A stretch of 63,123 bases of DNA, filler included, from Reclinomonas americana ATCC 50394 (taxonomy: Eukaryota), in assembly GCA_048213135.1 (NCBI GenBank). It is 11 parts of 11 records of this genome, joined end to end, with 100 filler letters (N's around TTAATTAATTAA, not from the genome) between each part and the next. Parts side by side here need not be neighbours in the genome. Positions count along the whole stretch, not along the records: positions 4,554 to 14,361 come from AFZH01018908.1; positions 14,462 to 16,380 come from AFZH01018909.1; positions 16,481 to 31,649 come from AFZH01018910.1; 8 more parts are not named here. One strand, written 5' to 3'. A model generated the notes under the pieces. That model was not told the origin of the DNA and did not search any database. It worked only from the letters and a program-made list of their open reading frames with translations. Below, piece after piece: positions 10,801 through 23,491 of this stretch. Position 1 is the first letter of the stretch. Every line of letters begins with the position of its first letter. Made by a program: the position numbers and the translations under genes.

Positions 10801-13437
10801 AAGCACCATGGCCGATCGGCTGTGTCGCATCTATTGCATGCCCGAGTACGGCATGTCGTCGTCCGCCACGGCCATTGCCGCCGCCATGCGCGATACTCCA
10901 CGCTCGTGGCCTGTGGTGAGTGGTGACTTGCTTGCTCACTCTTGACTGTTTCGGTCCACTCAGCGTTATTGTGTGCGACAGGCCGGTATCTATGGCGCGC
11001 TCGTCCACCGGCGACTGACAGTGACCGTCACACGACCGCGCGGTCTACAACTCTCGTATCCCGCCCTCGGCTTGTGGAGGGCGAGGAGACAGCCTTCCGG
11101 CACTCTGTTGCGTCCACTGTTTCCCGGCGGTGTCTTCAAACGCGAGTGTTGATTTTCACTGAGTGCATGCACCAGAGCTCTGCAAGGCGAACTGCTTGGA
11201 GTGCACACACTGACGCGGTGTCCGGACGAAACTCAGACGCTCACCTTTGCCGTGTCGGTCACCGATGGTGGCTTGTCGCTCCGCGATGAGGCGGTGCACT
11301 CGGACTGGCATCTCGTTGCGTTGGTTGCATATGCTGGAAGCGCCTGGTGCCACTGCTAACATGTGTTGTCTTGGTAGGTAATCCCCTGGTCACATCCAAC
11401 CCACGCCCACGAGGCGTCGTCCGAGATGCTCATGATTGGCATGCTGCAACGAGAAGAGTGAGCCTGTTCCGTCCATGACCACTTGCTTGTCGTGTTGGTC
11501 TCACTCACGTGACGCGCAGAGTGCTGGTACTGGAACAATCGCACGCCTTGTCGCCACATCACGCGGGAGAGACCGGCAATCCAGTTGCGTCGTGCTGGGA
11601 GATCTTGTTCGTGTTCCGCCCTCGTCCTCATCACCCCCTGCCGCAGGATACTCGCTACCGACCCCTCTTCCTTCCATTTTCCGATGTGCTGCACGTGCTG
11701 ACGGCAACATCGCCGGCGCTCTTGATCAATGCGCGGGAGGACGTGAAGGTGGAGGGTGCGGCGCACGATCTCTTCAGCTTGTGCAATGGACCGCCCGAGC
11801 AGGTCACTTTTTATGCAGCTGTTTGTCTTCCCCACCTTGTGCTCACCTCATTTCGTCTCACGCAGGTGACCATGCGAAGTGTGAGTCGCAGCATGGCTGT
11901 GGAAGGTGCTTTTTCCATATTGTTTCTCCCTTTTCGTTTCGTTGGCTTTACCTGCCTCACCGCGATCTGTCGCAGCCGCGTTGCCGCAAACACTGCGCGA
12001 AGTGCGTCTGGTTGCGCTCCGCGATCAGGTCTCCTTGCGTGGCGGTGATTTCGGAGTGCAGCACGGCCGGCCGTATTTTGTGCATGCCATTGATCGCCAG
12101 CGCGAGTTGGTGTCGATTCTCGGGAACTCCGGAGTGTTGTTGAGATTACCGGCCGCCGCCGTGTACCTCGTGGGGGACGCCATGCAGTTGGTGAGGCGCA
12201 GCTGTCGCCCGCATTGAGTGCGTGGGGAAAATGTGTGGCGTTCTGACACTTTGCGCGTGCAGCCCCTGACGAGCGCGACCTTGTGGCACACGACAGACGA
12301 AGGCGACGAGGAGGGCGACAGTCGAGAGGTTTGCGATCCATCCCCCCACTTGCCCTCTGTCAAGACTTGTCTCTCTAAACAGTGTCGCCATGCCCCATGC
12401 ACAGGGTGGTGCCAGCACAGGTGCGTTTCTCTCTGTGCTATGAAATGGGGAGGGAGAGGCGCTCACACATCGTGCGCTACAGATGTCCGAGGATCGCCCG
12501 TGGCCGAGTTGATGGCGGACGAAACCGGGCAGCCTTGTTTGCAGGCGCGCTTTGTGGCCTTCCACGAAGTGTCGGACATCATATCGGCGTCGCCACCGGC
12601 GTCGGCGACATCCGAGTCACCACAGTCGCACCCGTCGTCGGCCTCCACACCACCGTCGCGCCAATCACGATACTTGCCGCCGACGCCCGACATTATTGCC
12701 AAAGTGGCCGCCACCACGGCCGCTGCCGCCGCTGCCGCCGTGAGCAATCGACGGAACAGTCGCACCGGTCAGACCGACGTCGCCACAATGACGGCGGTGA
12801 TGGTCGCGGACTCGGACGATGACGACGACATGGTGGAGGTGGCAGGCTACGAGGCCGGATACGCCGACGACTTGACGCGATCACCGGAGCACATTCCGGT
12901 CGAGGTGTGCGGTCTGGACGTGGACATTCCACAGCGGCGACTCCCGCACCACCAGCCATCACGCGGCCGCCCACAACCGCCCATCACCTCGTCGTACCTC
13001 TCCCCGAAATCGCTGCTGCAGACGCAACAGGCGCAATCCGCACCTCCTCTCCGCCACCCAACCACGCGTCGCACCCTACGCACACGAACGCCACCGCCTG
13101 CTCCCCTCGACCGCAAGTACATGTTGCGTCGCAGCCACACACAACCACACACGCAAGACAGACAGATGTATTCACTCGGGGAAGTGTCACACGCAGCAAT
13201 GGCCACCACAGCTTCGACAACGACGATGCCTCCTCCAGCAACGGTGGCGTGCTGACTCCCCTGTCACTGCCCTTTCACCACCACCAACACCAACACGACG
13301 GTGACTACCCCACCGCCGTCTCTCTGCTCACCACCGAGGACGACGACGACGATGACGCACTCAGTGTGCACACACTAGTGGCCGCCGATCAATCGCCCGC
13401 ACTCGACGCCACCGACGACGACGAGCTTGTCAAGTAA
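7843..13437 (+). CDS. Large multi-exon hypothetical protein with a helical N-terminal/central region and a low-complexity C-terminus
   Basis: Starts MALASFRPEEARDKLG. Exons chain in frame through many GT-AG introns to TAA at 13435-13437. No family recognised; it could be more than one gene. Confidence 0.6.
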
Positions 13438-13691
13438 TGAACATTGATGTCGCGCACCAGTGAGAGCCACGCCTCAGCCGCCCGCTCAATCGCCTGTGCA
13501 TTGGTGAGCACTTGTCGCAGATTGACATGCAATTGGTTCATGTGCTGCGCAGTGCGATGAAGACCCTGCATGCAAGTGAGAGAACAGAGAGAGAGAGAAA
13601 GTATGTGAGAGGAGAAAGGGCCGCGCACCACAGCAATGCCATCCAGCAGCTCGCGTTTGCGCATGCGTCTCTCCTCTTCCTCGCTCTCCAT
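13389..13691 (-). CDS. DASH/Dam1 complex small subunit, Dad1-like (Dad4 not excluded)
   Basis: One intron gives MESEEEERRMRKRELLDGIAV|GLHRTAQHMNQLHVNLRQVLTNAQAIERAAEAWLSL. The length and the RE.L..I..G.....MN.L..NL..V.......A..W pattern resemble Dad1/Dad4. Confidence 0.6.
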   Translation of the reverse strand: MESEEEERRMRKRELLDGIAVVRGPFSSHILSLSLCSLTCMQGLHRTAQHMNQLHVNLRQVLTNAQAIERAAEAWLSLVRDINVHYLTSSSSSVASSAGD

Positions 13692-13743
13692 TCCTTGTCA
13701 CTGAGTGAGTGTCCTCTGTGACAGTCAGTCAGAAAGAGACGAA

Positions 13744-14361
13744 ATGAGGAGCCGACGTCGCCTAAGCGACACCTTATCCTCGCCTTCCTCTTCGTCTTCC
13801 TCCTCTGCATCGTTTCGCGTGCGAGAGTGCGCAGTGGACGAGAGCGACAATGGCGAATGCACGCGCGTGTGGTCGTCGGGAGTGCGCGAGCTCACTGCAC
13901 TGGTCACCCGTCACATGTTCCTCACGTGGCACATTGCGCGTCTGTATGCGTTCATACTCGCAGTGGCCAGTGTCATGTGGTGGCAGTTTGAGGTCAGTGA
14001 GCGTGCAACACACACTCTGGTGTGCCTCACTCACTCACGTGTCGCTCAGTGGCCGCTAGAGTGGATCTTGAGTGGGGTTTTCGTGGCGGGATGTGTGCCT
14101 CCAGTGATGGTCTGGTGGCATGTGCGATCAATGGTGGAGCGGCTGGTGCAGGAGGGCACGCGCGAGGATATGAGCTCGGTGGTGGAGTTCTATCAGTGTC
14201 GATGGTCGCCGGCGTTGGCCAAGAGCGCCTTGCCTCCGCCACCCGACAAGGTGCAATGGAGTGGCAAGCTGGAGAGCACAGTGCCAAGGTGCTGCAAGAT
14301 GCGCCACTTTTGCGTCGCCGAGGATGCTGCAGTTGCGCACCTGTACGTTGTATGCGAATTG
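13744..14361 (+). CDS. NAT8/NAT14 (camello)-like membrane GNAT acetyltransferase; N-terminal part, truncated by the gap
   Basis: FRVRE..D..ECTRVWSSG, then a two-helix hydrophobic hairpin, then EDMSSVVEFY...HFCVAE, as in the NAT8-family layout. The acetyl-CoA motif would fall in the gap. Confidence 0.6.
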
Positions 14362-14583
14362 NNNNNNNNNNNNNNNNNNNNNNNNNNNNNNNNNNNNNNN
14401 NNNNNTTAATTAATTAANNNNNNNNNNNNNNNNNNNNNNNNNNNNNNNNNNNNNNNNNNNNAGTCACGCAGCAGCTGAAGTGGTGTACGAGGCTTGCCCT
14501 ATGCGGGCCTTGAGTGCTCGTCGCCACTGTCGAAGTTGAACGGATTTGAGCCTCTGTCCGTGCCTGACAACTTGACTGCTGCA

Positions 14584-17266
14584 ATGCCGAGAGTGTACCG
14601 AGTGCGCTGGTGCATTCAACGCGCTGTGGCCTTTGGTCAAGAGGTGGGCACATGCACTCCTCCACATTCACTGTGATTCTCTCTCTCTCTCTCTCTCTCT
14701 CACTCTCTCTCTCTCTGACATGATGCTTGCAAAGGTGCGACTGTGTGGCGAGTTGGGCAGTGTTCGCACACACACCTCGCATCCTCTCTCGTGGAATCCA
14801 CACGAAAGCGCAGTGCAGTTGCACTGGAGTGCGGGTGACTGGTGGACCTCTGAGTTGAGTGAAGAGTGAGAAAGAGAGAGAGACGAGAGATTGAGAGATA
14901 TTGAGAGAGAATGAGGGACAGATAGAGAGAGAACAGAGAGCCTGAGAGCCTGTGTGTGAGAGAGAGAAGAGAAAGACAACTCACTCCCTCTGTGTGGACA
15001 ACAAACAGCGAGGTGCAGCTCACTGTGGATGATCACGCGGAGGAGTTCGTCGACACTGCTGCGCTGCCACTGGTGGTGTACAAGTACTGTGTGATGGGGG
15101 CGCAACAAGAGCATGACGGAGGCGATGGATGCGTCTGGGAGGGTGCCTATGGTCTCGATCGGGAACTGTTAGCACATGAATCGCTGTGGGTTGCCACGCC
15201 CGTCTTGTCTCCTTGTGCGTTCTTCTTCTTCTTCGTCATGTTGTTGGTTGGTGCGCGCACTCATTGTCTTGGCCAGTTGTCATTCGCGATCATTGGGTGG
15301 AGTCTGGCGCGGAGAATGTTGCGCTGTAGTGTGAGCGTGTCTTTGACCTGTTTCTCCGAGCGACTCACCGCGTGCACAGTTTTGGCGATCGTCGGAGCTG
15401 CAAGTGTCGCTGGATGAGGTGCTGGCGACTGTGTCGATGATGTCGGAGGATGAACTGGGCGATGAGTCGTTGGTGTGTGATTGTGTGTGGTTTTTCCGAC
15501 CGTTCCAGCCCTCGCTGGTGTCGCTGAATCAGTCCACGTGCAGGTGGCGACGTATGTTCGTGTGCAGTGCTCACAAGTGGTGCGACACGCTCGTGGCGAC
15601 GATGAGTGGCCAGTGGTGGTGCTGCAAGGAACACTGGAGCCGCTTGGTGTGTGCATGTGCTGTGATGGGAGTCCGTTCCTGCACACCAAGCTCACTTGTG
15701 TCGGATTAGGTTGCTGGGGCAGCCGTTCACCACCCGGCATTCAACTGGCGCCACTGGGCGACGGCGGAGTGTGGCACTGCTGTGTCTCATTACCCACGGT
15801 TGCCGTGGACGACGGTTCTGCGCAGTTGCGTTGGTCATGGAGATGTGTTTCTTCATTCTCGCTGCTTACGTCTTCTTCCATCCAGATACAAGTACGCCGT
15901 GTGCACCGCAAGAGGTGCGCGCGCAGAGGTTGCGTGGAAGGATCTGACGTGGGAGGAGGGCGAGAATCGTACGTTGCAAGTACCGCAGGCTCTCGTGCGC
16001 GTCGAAATTCCCGACGATGGCAGGTTCGTGGAAGCTCTTGTACTCACAGTGGTCGTGTTTGTTCTCTCATTCGTGTTGTTTCTGTCTTCGCGTGCAGTTC
16101 GCATGCTGGTGACGGCGCATTTGCGGCTCTGTCACGCGCTCATCAGCGATCCGCGGCGGTGCGACAGTTGCGACCGGTGGTGGTGATGGCCGACTTTCCA
16201 CTTCGTCATGTGCCGCGATACGAAATGCCATTCCGCGGCTTGCACAATCCCACAGGCTCCATTTGCTACGCCGCATGTGTGCTGCAGGTGCGAGCGTGTG
16301 ATGAGAGCCGCGAGTCATGCACGTTGTGTTCACCAATGTGTCGCACAGACCATGCTGCACACCGAGTACGTGCCAGTGCANNNNNNNNNNNNNNNNNNNN
16401 NNNNNNNNNNNNNNNNNNNNNNNNTTAATTAATTAANNNNNNNNNNNNNNNNNNNNNNNNNNNNNNNNNNNNNNNNNNNNCGAGGAGGGCCATTTGGTAC
16501 GCGCGCTGGCGCCTTACCTCAACGCGGCGATTGGTGTCGAATGTACCGACACCATGTGGGACGATGCGCGACCACCGGAAGAGCCTCACATGGTGAGTGT
16601 GCAGCGCTCAACGGTGCACTCTACCCTATTTGGGAATGCTGAATGCGCAAGTTTGAATAGGTCGGTGGCAGTCACGTGATGCTGCTGTGGGAGATGCCGC
16701 AGGTGTTGTGCTGTTTCGTGACTGGCTGGTACGAGAGCGCCAGTTTTATGGAGCACGTGACGGAGCACGCACTGCGGAAGGTGTGTTCGCACAGCGCGAA
16801 TGATGGCGTCTCACTGCCCTCTCTCACCCTCTGCAATGACGCAGAAACACTGTTCGCGCGGCCAGGGTTTCATTCGACCACCCATGTTGTACTTTCGCCG
16901 TGGCGGTGCCGAGCCGATGCATGCACGCTACGAGCTGCGAGCGTTACGTATTCTCCTTCAATGCGCGAGTTTTCCCTCCTCCTTACCTCCTCCTCCTCCT
17001 CCTCCTTGTGCGCAGCGTCATTATGCACACGGGATTCGAGCTGGACGGTCACAACTTTGTGTACGTCAGACCGCCGAGCCTGCGCACGTGGCTGGTGATG
17101 GACGACGAGCGAGTGCATCGCGTGTCGGAGGCGACCGCCGTGGGCGAGCACATTCCCGATCCCACTGCCGTTCCTCGTGCGTTGTCCTTCGCCTCTTTGT
17201 ACACCAAATTCGTTCACGGTACTCACTCTGTTGGGCGCAGATTATCTGGTGTACGTGCGGGTATAG
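14584..17266 (+). CDS. Ubiquitin-specific protease (peptidase C19) with two N-terminal CBM20 starch/glycogen-binding domains; spans gap 16381-16480
   Basis: CBM20-1: VRWCIQRAVAFGQE|VRLCGELG..WNP..AVQLHWSAGDWW..YKY..VWEG..DR. CBM20-2: VVLQGTLEPLG|CWG..GVW..|YKY..TWEEGENR. Cys box: GLHNPTGSICYAACVLQ. His box: YELR|SVIMHTGFELDGHNFVYVR..WLVMDDERV. C-terminus HYLVYVRV*, TAG at 17264-17266. Confidence 0.8.
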
Positions 17267-17688
17267 TGTTAATGAAAAGTGTTAGATTTTGCTGTGTCCA
17301 AAGACCATGTCTTTGTCGAAGTGCGTGATCTCGGCAACCTACGTCTTCTCTTCGCTTGCATTCCAATGGCGACCTTCTTGTGGGCCCTGTGCCTCAAGTG
17401 TTGACGTCGCGACCCTCGTGCTCTTCAGTCTCGAACCTTGGAACGAACACCTAGGAAGTCAAGGTCTACTGGTCAAAAAGCGACAGGGTTAGACTTGGCC
17501 ATCACCTTCTTTGTTGCGCCCCGATATCAACGTCGAGAATACGGCAATTGTCCGGCGTCTCATCTTTCAATTCCGACTCTGCCACACACCCCTCACGCAC
17601 ACACGCGCGTGTGACTGCACGCGTCTCCAGTACATGCCAGCACACGTGCGGCGGAGGAGGAGGCAGAAGAAGAAGAAGAAGAAGAATC

Positions 17689-20600
17689 ATGATGAGCAGC
17701 CGAGTCGCACCTTCCGATCCACATCTCTCGCTGACTCCATCGCCGCCCACGCATCTCCTCAACGCCAGTCTCATCACCACCGACGCACATCAGTCACAAT
17801 CACTTCCATTCGTTCTCACTCAGCGATCACTGAGCGATGATGATGATGATGTCGACGAAAATGGGGAGCGGATCGTCGTTGACTCGCCTTGGTCACGGAC
17901 CATGGCCACCGCCACGTCATCGCCATTGGCCTCGGTGGTGCCTGTGCCGCCGAGTCGATATCGACGTGCCACGGTGGTCGGCAGCGTGGAGCCATTGCCG
18001 CACGGCTTCCGACCGCCTTCGCGACTGGAAATCATCGACGACGACGATGACCTGTTTCCGCGATCGGTGTGCATTGATGCTCTCACTCCCTCACTCTTCC
18101 TCCTTCTCCTTCTAATCAGTCTTTTGTGCTGCAGATGGGAGGCCGACTGGAACACGATTTGCGATCGTTGCGCAAGCAGCTGGTGCGGCAATTGGTGGTC
18201 GAGGCGCAAGCGGCGCGTGTGGTGCGACCGGACGAGGTTCTTTTGCTGCAACGGTACCTGCGACATGGATTTGCCACAATGGCACTAGTGCTGGGCGGGG
18301 AGGAGCTGGTGTTGCCGGGGATTGATGCGTTGCGTAGCTTTTTTCTACCGCCAGTGTCAGTGACTGAGTGCTGTACTCACGCCAGTGGCAGGCATGTGGA
18401 TGCGGCGGAGGTGGTGGAGAAATGGTTTGTATTGGTGCAGCAGTCTCTGCATGTTTCGCTGTCCCTCACCTCCGCCCCTGCCAGTTTTCCGTTCGAGTTG
18501 CACGTGCTGCCGGAGGCGTATTCGTTCTGGGAGCATCCGGATTACGCGACCGGTGGATGGTGGTGCTGCTGTCGGCACAGCGTGCAAGTGTCTCCGCTGT
18601 ACGACATTCATCCGTGGCTGGAGGTGTTCATGGACCAAGACGGTGTGGTCACCATCCAGGACATACGGCAGACTGCCTTTTCCATCACCCTCATTCCCGA
18701 CAACCCCGTGCTCATGGTGGTGGCGATGCGCGGACTCATTGAGTGCTCCTGGTGCGCATCGTTGTACCGTGACTGAAAGACGTGCTGATCTCACAGTGTG
18801 TGTGTGCAGCTTTTCACCTCGTTTTGCCAGCCTCGATTCAAGGCGGAGACCACGCGGATTGCAACTCGACGACATGAAACCGCTTCTTCCTCCAGAAATG
18901 CTCACTGACGGTGTGTGTGTGTACGTACACTATCTCTGTGGCCTTCGCATGTTGTTCATGCGTTTCCCTCGCGCGCAGGTGCCTTGCCTGCACCGCCATT
19001 ATCACTGCCCGCCACCCCACCACCAGAGCCGGTGTTTGTCGAGGCGCCGTCGCCCGAAATGCCCCCCACAGAGGTGCCGCAAGTGTCGCCCACGCCAGTG
19101 GTCGCTTCGCCGCCGCCGTACGCCACCACTCCTGTGGAGCCACTGCTGCCCGAACCGGTGGACGATGCGGCGACAGAAGCAATTGCAGACACGCAGACCG
19201 AGACCGCGGCCACAGCGGTTGACGAGGCGAGCTCCATCGCCTTGCCACCGGCCATGGCCGCAGACGCCTACACCGATACTGGGAGTGTCGCTGTGGTGGC
19301 CACCTTGGCACCGTCGCCTATCGACACGCCCATTGCTTCGCCAAGAGCACAGTCGCCAGCACCGGCCGTCGATGGTGAGCTCTCAACATCATTCATGGGT
19401 ATGTGATTTGTTGTATACTCACGCGCGCACACACAGACGAGAGCATTGAGCGTGATCCGCTTCCCATGTCGCTGCCTGCTGCCGCGACGCCAGCCGCACC
19501 GTCTGTCGGTTGCTCCCCGCTACCGCCACCCAACGATCTCGTTGCCGACGCCAACAGTGCAGTTCGTGAATCTGCGCCAGTGGTCATCACCATGGCACAC
19601 TTGCAGTTGTGTTATCTGCCTGGTCTCTTCCCTTGTCCTTCAACTAATCGCCCCCCAACCCCAGATTGGAGGCCATTCCCGAGTGGCCTCCACCACTACC
19701 CTCCGACCCCTGCTCTTCACATCAGTTGGTGATGCAGCCGGAACTTGAGAACGGTTCACCGCCACCCTCGGCGCCACCCTCGCCCGCCATGACGCCGCCA
19801 CCGAGTCGTGCCGTGTCGCCACTGTTTCTGCCCGCTGTGGTGGTCGACACCGAGGCACTCGGCACCGCGGAGCCAGAGTTGCCACTGGAACCGGAGTCGC
19901 CGCGTTTCGCTCGCTCGGCTGCACCTGTAGAAATGTTTTACGACGAGGAGCGATCTTCGAGTCCGCGTGTATTCCCGCTGGCAGACCCACTGTCGCCACC
20001 ACCCTCGCCACACCGCGTGGCCTTGTCGGCAGGTCGAGCCGTGCCGCCGCCACTCTCACCACGACGCTCACGCGGCCTCTCACCAGTGCCGTCAGCCGTT
20101 GAACTTACCAAGGAGACCGGCTCGCGGAAGCGCGACGAGGAAGAGGAGGAGCGTCAGCGGCTTCTCGAGGAGCAGAAGATCGCCGAGCGCAGAAGAGCGA
20201 CGGCCATGCGCGGATTCGCCAGTGGTGGCTTCACCGGTGCATCGCTGCATCCGTCGTTCATGGAGGGAGAGGAGGCGGAGCCGGCGCCTCCGCCGACCGC
20301 ACGACCAGTGTACTCGTCGTCCGGTTCGAAATCGGCCCTCCCACCGACGCTGCTGCACAGTGGTGCGCAGATGCGGGCACGACGGCTTCTTCGTGCCGCG
20401 CATGACAGAGGTTAGTTGTCATTCTCCGTCGAGACAGCGACCGCGTTTTCTGACGTGCTTGTCTGCAGCTCCGGATGCGCAGCAGTTTGTAGAGGTCGAC
20501 ATGCCCCACGCACGCGAAGTGTCGGACGACCACCCGGCCGTCATTGTGTACGTGCCCGCTAGTGGACCGTTTGCCGCTGCAGCCGACATGTTTAGCACCA

Positions 20601-23210
20601 CGCCGCGGCGCACCGTCGACGAGTGGCTTCGAGTGCGGCACGAGTGCCATCCGGCATTCGTCTCGCGCTTCAGTCGCAAACTACGCATGGCGTTTGCCGA
20701 GCACGCCGACGAGCCGGCGTACGAGGCCGACATTGGTATCCGAGATTCGCACGGCGTGTTCCATGTGGTGCTGGCTTGCATCGACCGGCAGTTGTTCTCC
20801 TATCGGCACGAGGTGCGTCCACATTCGTCAAAGGCTTTGTGCTTGTGTCTGTGCGCTCATCTCCTCCCCCTCCAATCTCAAGGCCATGGCCAAGTGCCCT
20901 CGTGTATACCTGCCCGCGCTGCTAAAGTTGGCCGACGATATTGAGTGCGACGAGCTGTGCACGGTGTTGGAGCGCCTGATGGAGTCGTTGTTGAAGAGCG
21001 GCAAGCTGCACCCGGTGTGGATGATGCGGCAGGCCAGCTCCTACTCCCCCCTCATGCTTCCACTGTACGACAAGGCAATCGATGTGCTCGCCGAGGGGCT
21101 CCCACAGTTCATGCGTGACGCACGCTTGCGCTTTCTCACCCTTGACGAGCTGCTGGCGGTGAGTAACTCATTCTGCATATCTGTCTCCACTCACTTCTCA
21201 CGACATTTTCGCCACAGGTTCTCCAACACCCGTCGTGCCGGACTGAAGTGGGCAACGAGCACGCCTCGGCGGTGGCGACTTACGTGCGCCAACGGTGGGC
21301 TTCGGATACGTTGAACGAGATCCCGAGTGCAGATCTGCAGCGTCTCACTGCGCTCGCACGAGGGTGCGAGGTCGATCTTGTCGACATTGCTCCGCTTGTG
21401 TATGTGTGTCACTATCGCCGTGGAGGGTGGTCGAATGCACTCGACCAGCTGGCCAACCTGGCCAACAAGAATCCGGGAAAAACGTTTGTGGGTCTGCTCG
21501 ACGCATCCTGCCAGCCATTTGTCGGAGCGCTGCCTTTTGACTGGCTGTTGCGTTTGTGGGTGAGTTGTGTTTGTGGCTTTGGGGCTCACAACGTTTTTAT
21601 GCTTTGCATCAAGGTATCGACTGCTGCGTGCTGCACGTCGACCGGCCACGCAAGAGACGGAGGAGAATGCCATACGAATCATTGTGCTGTTTGCAATGTT
21701 CCACGCGGAGGGCTACGATTTGTCGCGAGAGCAGGTCAACTCGCTGTTTGAGTGTGTGCGACGTGTGACGCCACCGATTAGGTTACCGCGCTCGGCGGCG
21801 TTTATGCGCATTCGTGGCGAAACACTGGTGAGTGCGATCATCGAAGATGGCTGTGGGGAGTGCTCGCAGCTCATGATCACTCTGTGTGCAACAGGTGGAA
21901 CACCTCGCCAACGAGTGCACAGTGGTCGAGGATGGCGAATTGCAGTGGCCGGAGGTGACGTCGCAGCTGGTGCACCAGAACGGCGAGTCACACTCGGCCA
22001 CCGCCAACTCGGTGTCGCATTCACCAACATCCTCTGCGCCGGCAAGACCAGCCACACCATCCGTCGTTCCACGCCTGCAGCTGCCGCTGCGCATGGCGTC
22101 GGAGGGCGATGTTGTCGCCAAGTGAGTCGTGCTTGTGGAGGGCCTTTTGCTGTGTTTATACTCACTCGTGGATCTTTTGCAGTGGACGCAGTCATTCACC
22201 CGAGTCACCAAGGTGTGTGTGGAAGGTTGTGTCGTGTGCTCTGATATTGTTTTGTGAAGCTCACAAGGGGATGCGCACAACCAGCAGTCCGCGATCAGCG
22301 TCGCGCGATCTTTCCAGTCCTCGGCGTGATGGCTGGTTTACTCCGCGCGACTCGCTGCTGACGGTTCCTGCGAGTGTCTTTTCGAGCCGACTTGCCTCGT
22401 TCTCTCGTGGAACAGAGACCGCGGAGGCACCGCTGCTGCACTTTAGTGCACAGCTGGCCGGCAAGCGGCTGGATGTGTCGGTGTGTTTTTGGCAAGGCGA
22501 CATTGATTTTCATTCAGCGTCGATGGTCTTCTCATTTGTATGCGCGCGCGCGACCAGACCGGCGGTCTGCGAGTGAGCTGCAAGCGTCGTGGTGGTCGAG
22601 GAATCGCCCTTGCGTCGCCGACCGTCACCACTGGAGCGCTGTATGTCGAGTTTCGCGTGGTGTCGACCATCAAGATGCACCCAGTGGCGGTATGCGTGTT
22701 ATTACATTGTACCACACAGTGCCAACACTCCATGGTCTTCTCAACCACGGTCATGATCGTGACGCAGGTGGGCGTGTGCTACGGCGACGGAAGTGTGCAT
22801 CTCGACTCGTGGATCGGTGCCGACGAGAGCAGTTGGGGTACGTAATGCGAGTTGTACACTGAACTACATGGTCGTCGATGCCGTCTCATCTCATCGCTTG
22901 CGCAGCCTTCACCAGCGACGGTGAGGCTCGCCACAGCGGGCGCAGCTGGCCGTACGGGCGTGCATTTGGACAGGGCGACCGCGTGGGCGTGCTGCTCGAC
23001 CTGGCCGCCGGTACCATCCAGTTTTTCATCAATGACGTCGGCCTGGGAGCCTGTTTCACCGGCGTGCACATCCGCCGGGCATCGAGTACCGCCAAGAGTC
23101 CGCGCGATCCATCCAGCACCACTCGCGGACTCCACGTGGCAGTGGAGGTGTGCCAGCCGGAGCACGTCGTGGAAAGCGTGCTGGCCGTGCGCATTGTGCC
23201 GTCGTCGTAA
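17689..23210 (+). CDS. Large protein with a Pro-rich region, a BTB/BACK-like region and a C-terminal SPRY domain
   Basis: SPRY: ALYVEFRV..VGV..WIGADESSWG..YGRAFGQGDRVGVLLDLAAGTIQFFINDVGLGACF. BACK-like LRFLTLDELLAVL near 21130. TAA at 23208-23210. The BTB/BACK call is weak. Confidence 0.7.
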
Positions 23211-23491
23211 TGGGGGAAGGAGGGGGTTCTTTACTTTTTTCTAATTGTGTGTTGTATAACTACTAACGGGGAAGTGTGTCAGGGTGTGCATACAAGTGTG
23301 TGTGATAGAGGTGTTGTTGTACGTTTAGGAGATGTTTATGGAGTGAATTCGGTGAGAGGAATACTGTTACGCGATGATCCAACAGGCTACTCTCCACGAT
23401 GATGCACGAAGAAGAAGAAGAGTGCATGCACGGACGGACTTCGAAACTCCCCAACAAACGACGGACATTGGGACGGAGTTTGCAAGAAACA

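Noticed and set aside
13744..14583. Fusion of the NAT8-like gene with the CBM20-USP across the gap
   Set aside because: All three + frames contain stops shortly after the gap, and the CBM20 gene has its own ATG at 14584.
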